Source: an uncultured bacterium
GTDB taxonomy: Bacteria; CSSED10-310; CAZUFC01
Assembly (NCBI GenBank): GCA_964619725.1
Contig: CAZUFC010000030.1
Span: forward strand, 1 to 19,703
DNA length: 19,703 nt
Direction: 5' to 3'
Shown here: positions 1 through 8,533 of the stretch, piece after piece
How the letters are laid out: every line of letters begins with the position of its first letter
Position numbering within the stretch: position 1 is the stretch's first letter
Program-made: the position numbers and the translations under genes
The notes under the pieces: generated by a model
Database searches by the model: none
Seen by the model: the letters and a program-made list of their open reading frames with translations, nothing else
What the model was told of the DNA's origin: nothing

Positions 1-536
1 TTGGATTGTCCAAAAATTTGGGCTGATTTTGACCCTATTTTAACGATTTCTGAATTTAGTCCGACTTTCATTGAGTCATTTGGAAAACCTATGCTAAACA
101 AATCCAAAACCATGAAGAGCGTCAGTTGCATTTTTTCAAAAGGAGTTTTTGGTTTCCATCCATAATATGATAAAGATTTCAGTAATTGGATGCCGATCCA
201 AGTTAAACTGCTGAACAGTTCGTACTTCTTAAAAAATAACTTTGCTCTTTCGTCGCTTTTACCGATTTCTCTATACTGCAATCCGTTACTGCTGCTTGTT
301 GGCTTTGAAAAGAATCCTTCGGATTGTACAAATTCTCTAACCGATCTTCGAAAAATAGTTATATAATTAAACGGATCTTTGGAATTCAGAAATGACTTTC
401 TCTGGTTTTCAACCAGTTTCTTTCTAAAATATTCCTCCTGTTTTGAACTAATCACCTCTATTTTTTTCATTTTACTCAGATATTCTTCAAATAGCTCATT
501 CATTTCTCTTCTTGTCGTGTTTGTTCTATTCCCCAT
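1..536 (-). CDS. Hypothetical protein, 3'-truncated by the window edge (>=178 aa, MGNRTNTTRREMNELFEEYLSKMKKIEV...)
   Basis: Not in the ORF track. Manual translation from ATG at 536 has no stop down to the window edge. It starts 23 nt after the stop of the 1031-aa gene on the same strand, which is operon-like spacing. Confidence 0.8.
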   Translation of the reverse strand, partial: MGNRTNTTRREMNELFEEYLSKMKKIEVISSKQEEYFRKKLVENQRKSFLNSKDPFNYITIFRRSVREFVQSEGFFSKPTSSSNGLQYREIGKSDERAKLFFKKYELFSSLTWIGIQLLKSLSYYGWKPKTPFEKMQLTLFMVLDLFSIGFPNDSMKVGLNSEIVKIGSKSAQIFGQS

Positions 537-559
537 AACAAAAAATATCTCACAAAAAA

Positions 560-3500
560 TTATTCTTTTACTTCCGAGCAGATTTCTTTGAGTTGTAAAA
601 ATTTAATCCTGGACGCTACCTCCCATATGCTGCAGAGCGTGATCATTCTTCGGTAATAAAATTCGCTCATTATGCCAGGATGAATTACGTATTGTCCCTT
701 TCTCGATTTTATCATTCCAGGACGAATTATTTTGCCGCTGCTTATTTCATTTTTGAGAAGAGGTACAATATATTCTAAATAATCCCCGATCTTTTCTTGA
801 ATGTATGTACCTGAGCCCTCCATGTACATTGACTTAGGAAATTTTATCCCCTTCATTTTGTTGTGCAGCTCCAGAAAGTGGGTATCTATTTTCTTTAACC
901 AACCCCCACTGATTTTTAATAATTCGTGAATGTGACACGTAACGAACCATAGATTTCTCTCATAATCTTCCGACTCTCCATCTTCAAAACTCCGCCTTAA
1001 AAAAGGACAAACTTCTCCACATTCGTTAATCATCTCCCGTATCTTTTCAAACGGCTTATTCTGCCTTACGGAAATATAGAGCTCATCATTATCAATCAAA
1101 TCGTGGTTCGTTAATAAAAAACGCCATATACTCATCTGAATCTCGTGTGGAATGACCCCTGCCTCATATTCTTTTTCGTGAGAAAAGAGATAACCGCTCA
1201 GTACATTATTAAAAAAGAACCAGGTGATGATATTGTAATTCTCATTCCCTACTCCACTTACTCGTCTGCAAAACAAATCAGCAAAAACCTCGATAAATAG
1301 AGATTTTCTCGGTTCCGAGAAATCCGATCCTGGACAGGATTGCCGCAATTCATCAGGCAATAAATATGAGTAATAGAAATGACCGATTTCATGTATGCCC
1401 TGAATGAATGTTCCGGGATACTGAAGATGAAAAAAATTGATCAGATTGAGGTTTATTCCGAATTGACTGAAACGCTTGACATGTGTGTGCATTTCTGAAT
1501 AATTTGTAACCACTGTTAGTGCACGAGGATGCAATTTATCGATTTTTTTGCCGCCCTTTTCAAGAGCTTTTACAATCATATCGAGGATGAATTGATGCCC
1601 GCCTTGCGCCGCCGACAACAACTGCATAAGGTCTCCTTTAAAGACCGTGGTTATATCGTGCCTCTCGGATATAGGGTATCCCTGTGAATACCTGTTGTCG
1701 AAAGCCATCCTGAATTTATTGAGCATCTCAGTAAAATTCTCATGTTTCTCGGCTAAAGCTTGATTTTTGAGCTCAGTTCGTAATCTTGAGACGAGCTCCT
1801 GTTTATCCGAATTCTCATTATTTATATTGCTGTTACTGAACAATATTTCGATCGCGTCCTTTAGCCTCTCTGCCATATCGAAGAGATCAAACATGTAGTC
1901 CAACTGAAATTCATCACTTATGGAATCGGCAAATGTACCAATAATATACCTTGCAGCGAATTCCAAGGGTTGCGATAGAGAAGACCTGAAAAGATTCATC
2001 GAAAAATCCTGTTTTATAATCCTTGAATATAATTTCATCAACTTTTCAGGAGTGACGTTTGGTGTTTTAAATTTCTGAACGGCTGCATCAACCTGCGGCG
2101 TAACGGCTAATTCGGTGTTCATTTGCAGGACGTGTGATATATCATCTCGGTTAAAGGGAATTAGCATGGATCGAATTATCAAATAACCGATAATGAAGTT
2201 CCTGGGAGTGACTGGATTGAGTTTCTGATCGTTTTTAGCTTCATTTTTCGGCCTCGAATCGGGAAAAGTGGGCTTTATGGCTAAGTCGAATTTGCCGAAC
2301 AGTTCCTTAGGTTTTTCCAGCAACAATCCATAACTACAAAGTTTTTTCAATTCCTTGAGAATATAAGGAAGATGACCGGGCTTCAAAAGCAGCTTAATGG
2401 AAGGATACAAAAAGAATTCTTCCGAATCCGAGGTTTTCAGAGAAGCTATCCATCCTGAGTCATTATAATTCTTTTCGGTCAAAAACGAAGAAATATCAAG
2501 AATGACATCATTCGCAAAATTCTCTAATCCCTTCTTTTTCTCCTCTCCAGATTTTATTTCTTCTAAATTCTTCTCTTGTTTTTGTGAAATCTTATCGGAT
2601 GAAACAACTTTTTTGAATTTTGAAGCTTTCTTCATTCCATCCACGTAAAATTCAAACGGCATTCCAATCGTCGTAAAAGTCGTACTGCACACATGAAAAT
2701 TTTTTAAACTTTCAAGACTTAATTTTTTAGGCCGTCCTTCACTGTTTTTGTACCACCAACCCAATCTTGAACTGAACCAACGCCGAAAATCAGTTTTATC
2801 CCCCTCGAAAAATATTTCTTTTAAGCTGGTTTGCTGAATCTGTGTGCTTAAGATCGATATCAATTGCAGGCTTGTACTCTCCATCAATATCACAGCTTCA
2901 TTCATCCCGTGTGAACGAAAAGGATAAACAAACAACCTTTCTTTATCATCCCAAGAGATTTTACAATTCAACGTATGGCATTTTCTCTCCAATGCTAAGA
3001 CGAATCTTTTTATTAACTGGTTTCCGAATGCCATAGATAATTGCGAATGAAACTTTATTTTCATTAGAGCGGCAAACGGTTGTTGTGGTCTGTCTGGCTG
3101 CATATCCTTGAAAACTGCAGTCGAATCCTCAGCTGGTTTTAAAATGATAGGAGTTCCTATAGTAAAATGTTGGTGTGTCGCCACATCCAGATGCGACAGG
3201 TGTGCGGGCAAGTTTAAATCCGCAAAGTAGGATACGGCAAGCAGATCAAAGCGTCCCCACGTGAAATAAAGCGAAGGCTTCAAAGTATCGTCTTTGGACA
3301 AAGTATCAAAATCTTTTAGACTGGGATATGAACTTTCCGGATCATCGATTTTTTCGTTTTTACGTTCAGTCCTTATTGCATTGATGCGCTCGCGAGCTCT
3401 CACTATCTCACTGTTAATTTTTCTCCTGAAACTTTTTCGATCTCGGATTCCTAATTTTTTCTTCAAATTCTCTGTCCAAAAATATCTCTCAAGATCCTGC

Positions 3501-3655
3501 AGTCGGTACAGACGCTCTATTATAAATCGCTGTCTTACTTCATTGGCTAATGCCGTTTCACAACCTGCCAAGGCAGAAAATTCACAGATCAAGACTCCCG
3601 TGTGCTTTAAATCATATCTCTTTAATTGCTCAGGTACATAAAGAACCATTCTCAA
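560..3655 (-). CDS. Large hypothetical protein (1031 aa) with Lrp/AsnC-like G-x-F-D beta motifs and a C-terminal HExxH zinc-metallopeptidase-like motif
   Basis: Long ORF. GAGG precedes TTG3655/ATG3649. Motifs: TWGRFDLL (aa ~132-139), LFGKFDLAI (~452-460), HEIGH (755-759), EVFADLF (789-795). The CDS is secure; the domain calls are inference. Confidence 0.85.
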   Translation of the reverse strand: MRMVLYVPEQLKRYDLKHTGVLICEFSALAGCETALANEVRQRFIIERLYRLQDLERYFWTENLKKKLGIRDRKSFRRKINSEIVRARERINAIRTERKNEKIDDPESSYPSLKDFDTLSKDDTLKPSLYFTWGRFDLLAVSYFADLNLPAHLSHLDVATHQHFTIGTPIILKPAEDSTAVFKDMQPDRPQQPFAALMKIKFHSQLSMAFGNQLIKRFVLALERKCHTLNCKISWDDKERLFVYPFRSHGMNEAVILMESTSLQLISILSTQIQQTSLKEIFFEGDKTDFRRWFSSRLGWWYKNSEGRPKKLSLESLKNFHVCSTTFTTIGMPFEFYVDGMKKASKFKKVVSSDKISQKQEKNLEEIKSGEEKKKGLENFANDVILDISSFLTEKNYNDSGWIASLKTSDSEEFFLYPSIKLLLKPGHLPYILKELKKLCSYGLLLEKPKELFGKFDLAIKPTFPDSRPKNEAKNDQKLNPVTPRNFIIGYLIIRSMLIPFNRDDISHVLQMNTELAVTPQVDAAVQKFKTPNVTPEKLMKLYSRIIKQDFSMNLFRSSLSQPLEFAARYIIGTFADSISDEFQLDYMFDLFDMAERLKDAIEILFSNSNINNENSDKQELVSRLRTELKNQALAEKHENFTEMLNKFRMAFDNRYSQGYPISERHDITTVFKGDLMQLLSAAQGGHQFILDMIVKALEKGGKKIDKLHPRALTVVTNYSEMHTHVKRFSQFGINLNLINFFHLQYPGTFIQGIHEIGHFYYSYLLPDELRQSCPGSDFSEPRKSLFIEVFADLFCRRVSGVGNENYNIITWFFFNNVLSGYLFSHEKEYEAGVIPHEIQMSIWRFLLTNHDLIDNDELYISVRQNKPFEKIREMINECGEVCPFLRRSFEDGESEDYERNLWFVTCHIHELLKISGGWLKKIDTHFLELHNKMKGIKFPKSMYMEGSGTYIQEKIGDYLEYIVPLLKNEISSGKIIRPGMIKSRKGQYVIHPGIMSEFYYRRMITLCSIWEVASRIKFLQLKEICSEVKE

Positions 3656-3706
3656 ATTGCCTCATGCGCCATAAACCCGCAATTTTTGAAATTTTATGAA
3701 ATTACG

Positions 3707-3742
3707 AAAACTATTCCGCCTTCTAAAACTATTCTGCCCTCT
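3707..3742. repeat. Tandem 18-bp direct repeat (2 copies, 16/18 identical)
   Basis: AAAACTATTCCGCCTTCT (3707-3724) followed by AAAACTATTCTGCCCTCT (3725-3742), in the intergenic gap. Confidence 0.7.
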
Positions 3743-3755
3743 CTGGTATTCCTTC

Positions 3756-4097
3756 TTACTTCTTCTTTTTCGAAAAACCGCAGATGGCTAAATAATCAAT
3801 GTTATGCTTTTTGCAGGTCTCCAGAGCAAATTCATCAAATTTTATATCATTCGGCTGATCCCGCTCGAAAATATGATCATTTTCTGATACATGGCTGCTT
3901 CGATAACCCCGAATGTCCTCATATCCGAAATACTTCTCATAATCCTGCGGTCCTGTGCGTTTCTTGAAATCAATTCTATCTTCCCAGTAATTTGTCCTGT
4001 TAATCCAATCGTCCATCTCTTCCGGCATACTGAAATGATTTGTCTTTTTACTCCCGAATTTGTCTTCCCTACAAGATTTCCTGCTGCCGCGCGACAT
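3756..4097 (-). CDS. Small hydrophilic hypothetical protein (113 aa, MSRGSRKSCREDKF...)
   Basis: AGGAGG RBS 5 nt before ATG 4097 (the ORF track start at 4163 looks too long). Co-oriented with the two downstream genes. Confidence 0.65.
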   Translation of the reverse strand: MSRGSRKSCREDKFGSKKTNHFSMPEEMDDWINRTNYWEDRIDFKKRTGPQDYEKYFGYEDIRGYRSSHVSENDHIFERDQPNDIKFDEFALETCKKHNIDYLAICGFSKKKK

Positions 4098-4262
4098 TCC
4101 AACCTCCTGAGTGAATGAAGTTTGCTCTGTGGGCGGACCACACCCTTTATTAGAATGAAGCAAAAATCATACCCACATTCCGCATCTTTTCCGTCTTTCG
4201 ATCCATCCTCAACACACATTCCATCAATTTAACAATCAGTCAATATCATTAAACAGAAATAT

Positions 4263-4298
4263 CATGAATCATTTATCATCAATGATCCATGCTGTCAA
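4263..4298 (-). promoter_or_regulatory. Candidate sigma70 promoter of the left cluster, overlapped by a palindromic operator
   Basis: Minus strand TTGACA (4298-4293)-N17-TAAATG, with TG at the extended -10 position; the -10 is imperfect. Inverted repeat CATGAATCATT-N7-AATGATCCATG at 4263-4291. Confidence 0.5.
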
Positions 4299-4750
4299 GA
4301 AAAATTTTCGCTTTCTATGCGTTTTCATCTCATATCATCAGAAAGCTCCCAAGTATCTAATACTGATTTAAAAAAAAAAAATCAAATTCTTTTTAAAATT
4401 ATTCCTCGTCTTCTTTTGAGTTCACGAACAAAACAAACTCCCTCGTTTATGGATCAAAAACCGCAGTGACTGTCCAGCATTAAATTTTAAATCGATAATC
4501 GAGTTTATGGACAGGCGCTCCCTAAAAAATTTCCACATAAATACGTTAATACCGACGTGATTACGTAAATCATTATTTCATAGGTTTTAGCACAATATCG
4601 GTGAATTCGCGGCACTGCAGGGAGCAATTGAAAAAATTGAACTTATGGAATTGCCATACCCAAAGACGGCATTTAAGCAGAGCATCCTTTCATAACGACG
4701 CCTGCGGGATTTCTAAACGCCTTAAATAAAGTTTGAACATGACCTGTTAT

Positions 4751-4787
4751 TCTGAATTGTGTCCGCATACGGACAGTATAATTCGGA
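4751..4787 (+). other. Imperfect stem-loop / palindrome
   Basis: TCTGAATTGT-GTCCG-cata-CGGAC-agt-ATAATTCGGA. The two non-Watson-Crick pairs are G-U on the + strand. Confidence 0.45.
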
Positions 4788-4829
4788 CCTAAATTATCCG
4801 GCTTAAAATTCCATAGAAGTTTCCGCCGA

Positions 4830-4858
4830 TTGACACTCCCTTCATTTCCGACTAAACT
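4830..4858 (+). promoter_or_regulatory. sigma70-type promoter of the secreted-protein gene
   Basis: TTGACA (4830-4835)-17 bp-TAAACT (4853-4858), 59 nt upstream of ATG 4918. Confidence 0.75.
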
Positions 4859-4917
4859 TGTAAATGTAATCCGAAACGACAGGACGGTTTCGTCGGTCTT
4901 TGAAAAGGGGAAAAATC

Positions 4918-7900
4918 ATGAGATTCACGATACGACATAACAAGACATTTCATCAATTTTTAAGATTTGCCGGTCGCACGGGCGCACTCTTTTTCATTTT
5001 TTTATGCGGTTTTTCCTCAACCGCCGTATGGGGAACGGCAACGCCGACGCCAGAGCCTTCCGTCACGCCCACATGTCTTCCGCTTGTTGCAGATTTTGAA
5101 GCGCCGGAGCTTATATGCATAGGTGAACCTTCGTTGTTCCGGGATGCCTGCAGCGGAGACATTGTCGCCTGGTTCTGGATATTTTCCGGCGGCGGCATGT
5201 ATTTTTCTCAGGATGTTGTGCATACTTTCCAGGAGACGGGGAATCATGAAGTATATCTTCAGGTGCAGGATGTCTGCGGAAATTATGCTGAAGTTACTAA
5301 ATACGTTAACGTAGTGGATTGCCTGCCTCCTTTGTGGAATGTAGGGGAAGGGATACAGCCCGGATATGATGATGACTCGTCGCATCGATTGGACTGGAGC
5401 ATATACTGGACGCCGCTGTCCGATCAGCGCGATGAGATCAGATATACGGTTGAGCGTTCGATAGATGATTCCGAATGGATATCGGCCCCGGAAACGACGG
5501 GATTGTCGGGGTGGCATTATACGAATGAGTTCGGATATGAAGCGGGTGAAATGATCCGTTACCGTGTCAGGGCCGAATCAGATACGACAATCAGCAGATG
5601 GTCGTATACGGACGGCATACTTTATTCGGCTGAACCTTCAATCGGCCGCATCGTATTGAAGGACCCGGAAACAGACTCGATTACTTATACGAATGACGAT
5701 GAATTGAGAATATACCTGGAGAACGTTTCCGCCGGCGTATCCCGGATAAAAATTTCTGAGCATGCCGACTTTGATGGAGCGGAGTGGTTGGAGTATCCCC
5801 CGGCATCGGGTGATTACTATGTTTATGAGCTGGAAGAGCCGAACGACGGAACCCGGCAGATATTCGTAAAGCCTTCGGATGGTCAGCAGAAAGGATTGGC
5901 GGTGAATTCTCGTATCATCAGAGACACCAGGCCCGTTGAACCTTTGAAAGTCACTCTCATGGATACGGATGATTTTTCTCCTGTTCAGACCGATTCTCCC
6001 ACAGTATACGTTTTATTGGATTTAAGTACTGAGGAAGAGCTTATAGAGAACCCGGAAAAAGCGCCCGCAAGGATCAAATATACGGAAAACGCCGACTGTT
6101 CGGGAGGTTCCTGGGCGCTGTTCGAGCGTCCTTTGCCTCCTTATGATTTCACGGACGATACATACGGCGAAAAAGTTTTATATGTGATGACGGAGGACAG
6201 GGCGGGAAACCTTTCAGAATGCGTTCCCGGACGTATTCAGTATCTGGGAGGCGAGGCTTCTCCCGAAATATTGACGGCGGAAATAGCGGATGCTGATACG
6301 CTGAATGTTGATTACACGAACGACACGACCGTTCTGGTGCATCTGGAAACGAAAGGGGCCGTCTCGGAAATCCTCATCTGGGAAGGCGATGATCCTTCTG
6401 GAGCTTCCTGGCAGGGATTCACGAGCTGGTTCACCTACACCTTCGCATCGTCCCAGGAGGGTCTCAAGGAGGTTAGAATCCAGATACGAGGTCCCGAAGG
6501 CCGGGAATCGGAAATTATAACCGCCCGTACTATTCTTGATGCGACTTCTCCGAAACTAATGCTTGCGGGATACTGGAACAGTTCCCTTTCGCCGGTTAAC
6601 GACGGCCTGGTCTCGATCTTCTGCTATGTGGACGAATCCTATCCCGCGAATGTAGAAATCATATACGACGGAGAGCCAACCGGCTCGTTTTTACCTCAGC
6701 ATCCCGACATACCCCAGGTGTTTCATCTGCAGGACATTCCCGTCGGTCCTATGGGGGCCGCATCCAGGCACCTGTTCGAGTTGCGCGCCTCAGACCTGGC
6801 CGGCAACATCAGTTCCGTATGGCCTTATTTGACTGTAAATTACGCCTCAACGGAAAGCAGCGGATCGGCAGCATCCGGTCTGCAGAAAATTTCAGAAGCG
6901 CTGAGCAGTTTCGTTAAACTGGAAGGATGGAACATCGTCTCACCCTTCCCCGATTACGGACCTCAAATCATGGCTGCAGGCTGGTGGAACAGCGGCATTA
7001 CCGAGATGAACGGCGGAACGCTCATCCCCATGGCCTATGTCTTCGACGCAATGGGAGCCTCTAACGTTCGAGATGTTGAACTGCTGTATTCTCACAGGAC
7101 GACCGGGTTCAAACTCATGGACGACGGCGGACCGAACGACTTCAATCCTGACGACGGAATATTCGCGGCGAGCACGGAGCTTCCCGCGGGAATACCCGGC
7201 GGTCGATACTTCTTCCAGCTCCAGGCCGAAAACAAACAGAACATCACATCAGGACTGTGGCCTTATCTGGAAGTGATGCATGAAAATACGCCGCCTGTCG
7301 CCTGGATCGATTCTCCCGCGGACGGCGCTTTTTATGCCGCAGGCTCCCAGATTCATTTCAAAGGCGATGCCTTCGACAGGGAAACCGGAGATGTTCCCGG
7401 TTCTTATTTCAAATGGTTCTGGGTTAAAAACAGCTTGGGTGAGCAGTTCGCTGAAGGCAAAGAGGTCTGGACAGACCTGCCCGAAGAAGCCAGGGGTATC
7501 GTTAAAATCAGACTCATGGTTCAGGATGCGCTCGATCCGGATAACGTCGCGGGCACTGCAGAAACGGAGATTTCCCTCCAGGGCGATCCGCTGAACCTCG
7601 CTCTCTCCGCAACGCCCGATTCCGGTAAATTCCCCCTTTCCGTTCACTTTTCCGCAAATGTCTCCGGCGGCTTCCCTCCATTCCGCTATGTATGGTACTT
7701 CAGCGATGGAGATGAAATATTCGAATCCGACTCGCATGAATTTCGCCATACCTTTGATCATCCCGGCGTCTATGATGCATACTCGCTTATTAAGGATAAA
7801 AGTTCCTCCATCGTTTACGATCAAATATCCATAGAAGTCACCCAAAATGAAATTCCCGACCTGGTGATCGTCTCGCCGGAAAACAACGCTCACTTCTACG

Positions 7901-8430
7901 ACACCGATACTATAATGCTGCTGGGGACCGCCATGGACCGGGAAGACGGCGCTCTGCCCGACCAGAACGTGCACTGGGAATCAAACCTGGACGGATTCCT
8001 CGGCGACGGCTGGAACTGCTTTCCCGCTAACCTGTCGCCTTCAGACAACGCACACCAGATCGTTTTCAAAGGTCATGACTCCTTTAATGACGAAGGACTG
8101 GACAGCGTAGAACTCATCGTCGATCCCTGGACGCCCGTACGCGAACACATGATCCAATTCAACGGTTTCAAACTCTTCTCCTGGGTCCTCTTCGAAGACC
8201 TCCTTCCCGGAGAACAACTGCGATGGGACTGGCTCATCAACGGCAGAACCGCCGCCATAATTACACTCACCGTCGAACAGGCCGTGGAAGATGAAATAGA
8301 AATCACTACTGGTTTCCCCGGCAATCCTCAGTCAGGCGACCTCATCGAAGTCCGCTTCCATTATAAACATACCGGCGCCGAACAGTTCCGGCACGAACCC
8401 GAATTCGTGGATCACTATTCCTTCGATTAA
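4918..8430 (+). CDS. Large secreted multi-domain PKD / Ig-like beta-sandwich protein
   Basis: AAGGGG RBS before ATG 4918. Basic/hydrophobic signal peptide ending AVWG, then a Pro/Thr linker (TATPTPEPSVTPT). PKD-like motifs (ADF...WFWIF...HTFQETG..EVYL; PLSVHFSA...YVWYFSDG...HTFDHPGVY). Very acidic, with internal repeats. Confidence 0.85.
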   Translation: MRFTIRHNKTFHQFLRFAGRTGALFFIFLCGFSSTAVWGTATPTPEPSVTPTCLPLVADFEAPELICIGEPSLFRDACSGDIVAWFWIFSGGGMYFSQDVVHTFQETGNHEVYLQVQDVCGNYAEVTKYVNVVDCLPPLWNVGEGIQPGYDDDSSHRLDWSIYWTPLSDQRDEIRYTVERSIDDSEWISAPETTGLSGWHYTNEFGYEAGEMIRYRVRAESDTTISRWSYTDGILYSAEPSIGRIVLKDPETDSITYTNDDELRIYLENVSAGVSRIKISEHADFDGAEWLEYPPASGDYYVYELEEPNDGTRQIFVKPSDGQQKGLAVNSRIIRDTRPVEPLKVTLMDTDDFSPVQTDSPTVYVLLDLSTEEELIENPEKAPARIKYTENADCSGGSWALFERPLPPYDFTDDTYGEKVLYVMTEDRAGNLSECVPGRIQYLGGEASPEILTAEIADADTLNVDYTNDTTVLVHLETKGAVSEILIWEGDDPSGASWQGFTSWFTYTFASSQEGLKEVRIQIRGPEGRESEIITARTILDATSPKLMLAGYWNSSLSPVNDGLVSIFCYVDESYPANVEIIYDGEPTGSFLPQHPDIPQVFHLQDIPVGPMGAASRHLFELRASDLAGNISSVWPYLTVNYASTESSGSAASGLQKISEALSSFVKLEGWNIVSPFPDYGPQIMAAGWWNSGITEMNGGTLIPMAYVFDAMGASNVRDVELLYSHRTTGFKLMDDGGPNDFNPDDGIFAASTELPAGIPGGRYFFQLQAENKQNITSGLWPYLEVMHENTPPVAWIDSPADGAFYAAGSQIHFKGDAFDRETGDVPGSYFKWFWVKNSLGEQFAEGKEVWTDLPEEARGIVKIRLMVQDALDPDNVAGTAETEISLQGDPLNLALSATPDSGKFPLSVHFSANVSGGFPPFRYVWYFSDGDEIFESDSHEFRHTFDHPGVYDAYSLIKDKSSSIVYDQISIEVTQNEIPDLVIVSPENNAHFYDTDTIMLLGTAMDREDGALPDQNVHWESNLDGFLGDGWNCFPANLSPSDNAHQIVFKGHDSFNDEGLDSVELIVDPWTPVREHMIQFNGFKLFSWVLFEDLLPGEQLRWDWLINGRTAAIITLTVEQAVEDEIEITTGFPGNPQSGDLIEVRFHYKHTGAEQFRHEPEFVDHYSFD

Positions 8431-8462
8431 TCAGCGCCTTTTATGGGGAGCATCACATTTAC

Positions 8463-8519
8463 GATAATTCAATTTAGAATTTCTTCGAATTAAGTTAGAA
8501 TAAATTCTAAATTATTATC
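8463..8519. terminator. AT-rich inverted repeat between convergent genes (possible terminator)
   Basis: AATTTAGAATTT (8471-8482) / AAATTCTAAATT (8502-8513) is a perfect 12-bp IR, extended by GATAAT/ATTATC. It is not a classical GC-rich stem with a U tract. Confidence 0.3.
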
Positions 8520-8533
8520 TTTGGCGGACGCGT

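Noticed and set aside
560-4097. RiPP cluster (HExxH enzyme plus precursor peptide)
   Set aside because: No linked radical SAM/SPASM enzyme or transporter in this block, the 113-aa ORF lacks a leader/core pattern, and the downstream ExxAD fits a peptidase-type site better.
3842-4219. Alternative 125-aa minus-strand ORF and the + strand ORFs over 3294-4118
   Set aside because: They overlap better-supported ORFs and lack a comparable RBS or protein-like motifs.
4370-4381. A12 homopolymer as a phase-variation tract
   Set aside because: It is intergenic, ~70 bp outside the candidate core promoter and in AT-rich DNA; there is no evidence of function.
4628-4729. 33-codon TTG ORF after GGAG
   Set aside because: The RBS spacing is only 3 nt, the start codon is weak and there is no motif.
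4871-4896. CGAAAC/GTTTCG leader hairpin as a riboswitch
   Set aside because: The leader is only ~55 nt and shows no recognisable aptamer consensus.
7249-7974. 241-aa antisense ORF (also 12670-13296, 15049-15762, 9953-10447 and similar)
   Set aside because: These are shadow ORFs opposite or across well-supported genes and promoters, with no recognisable motifs.
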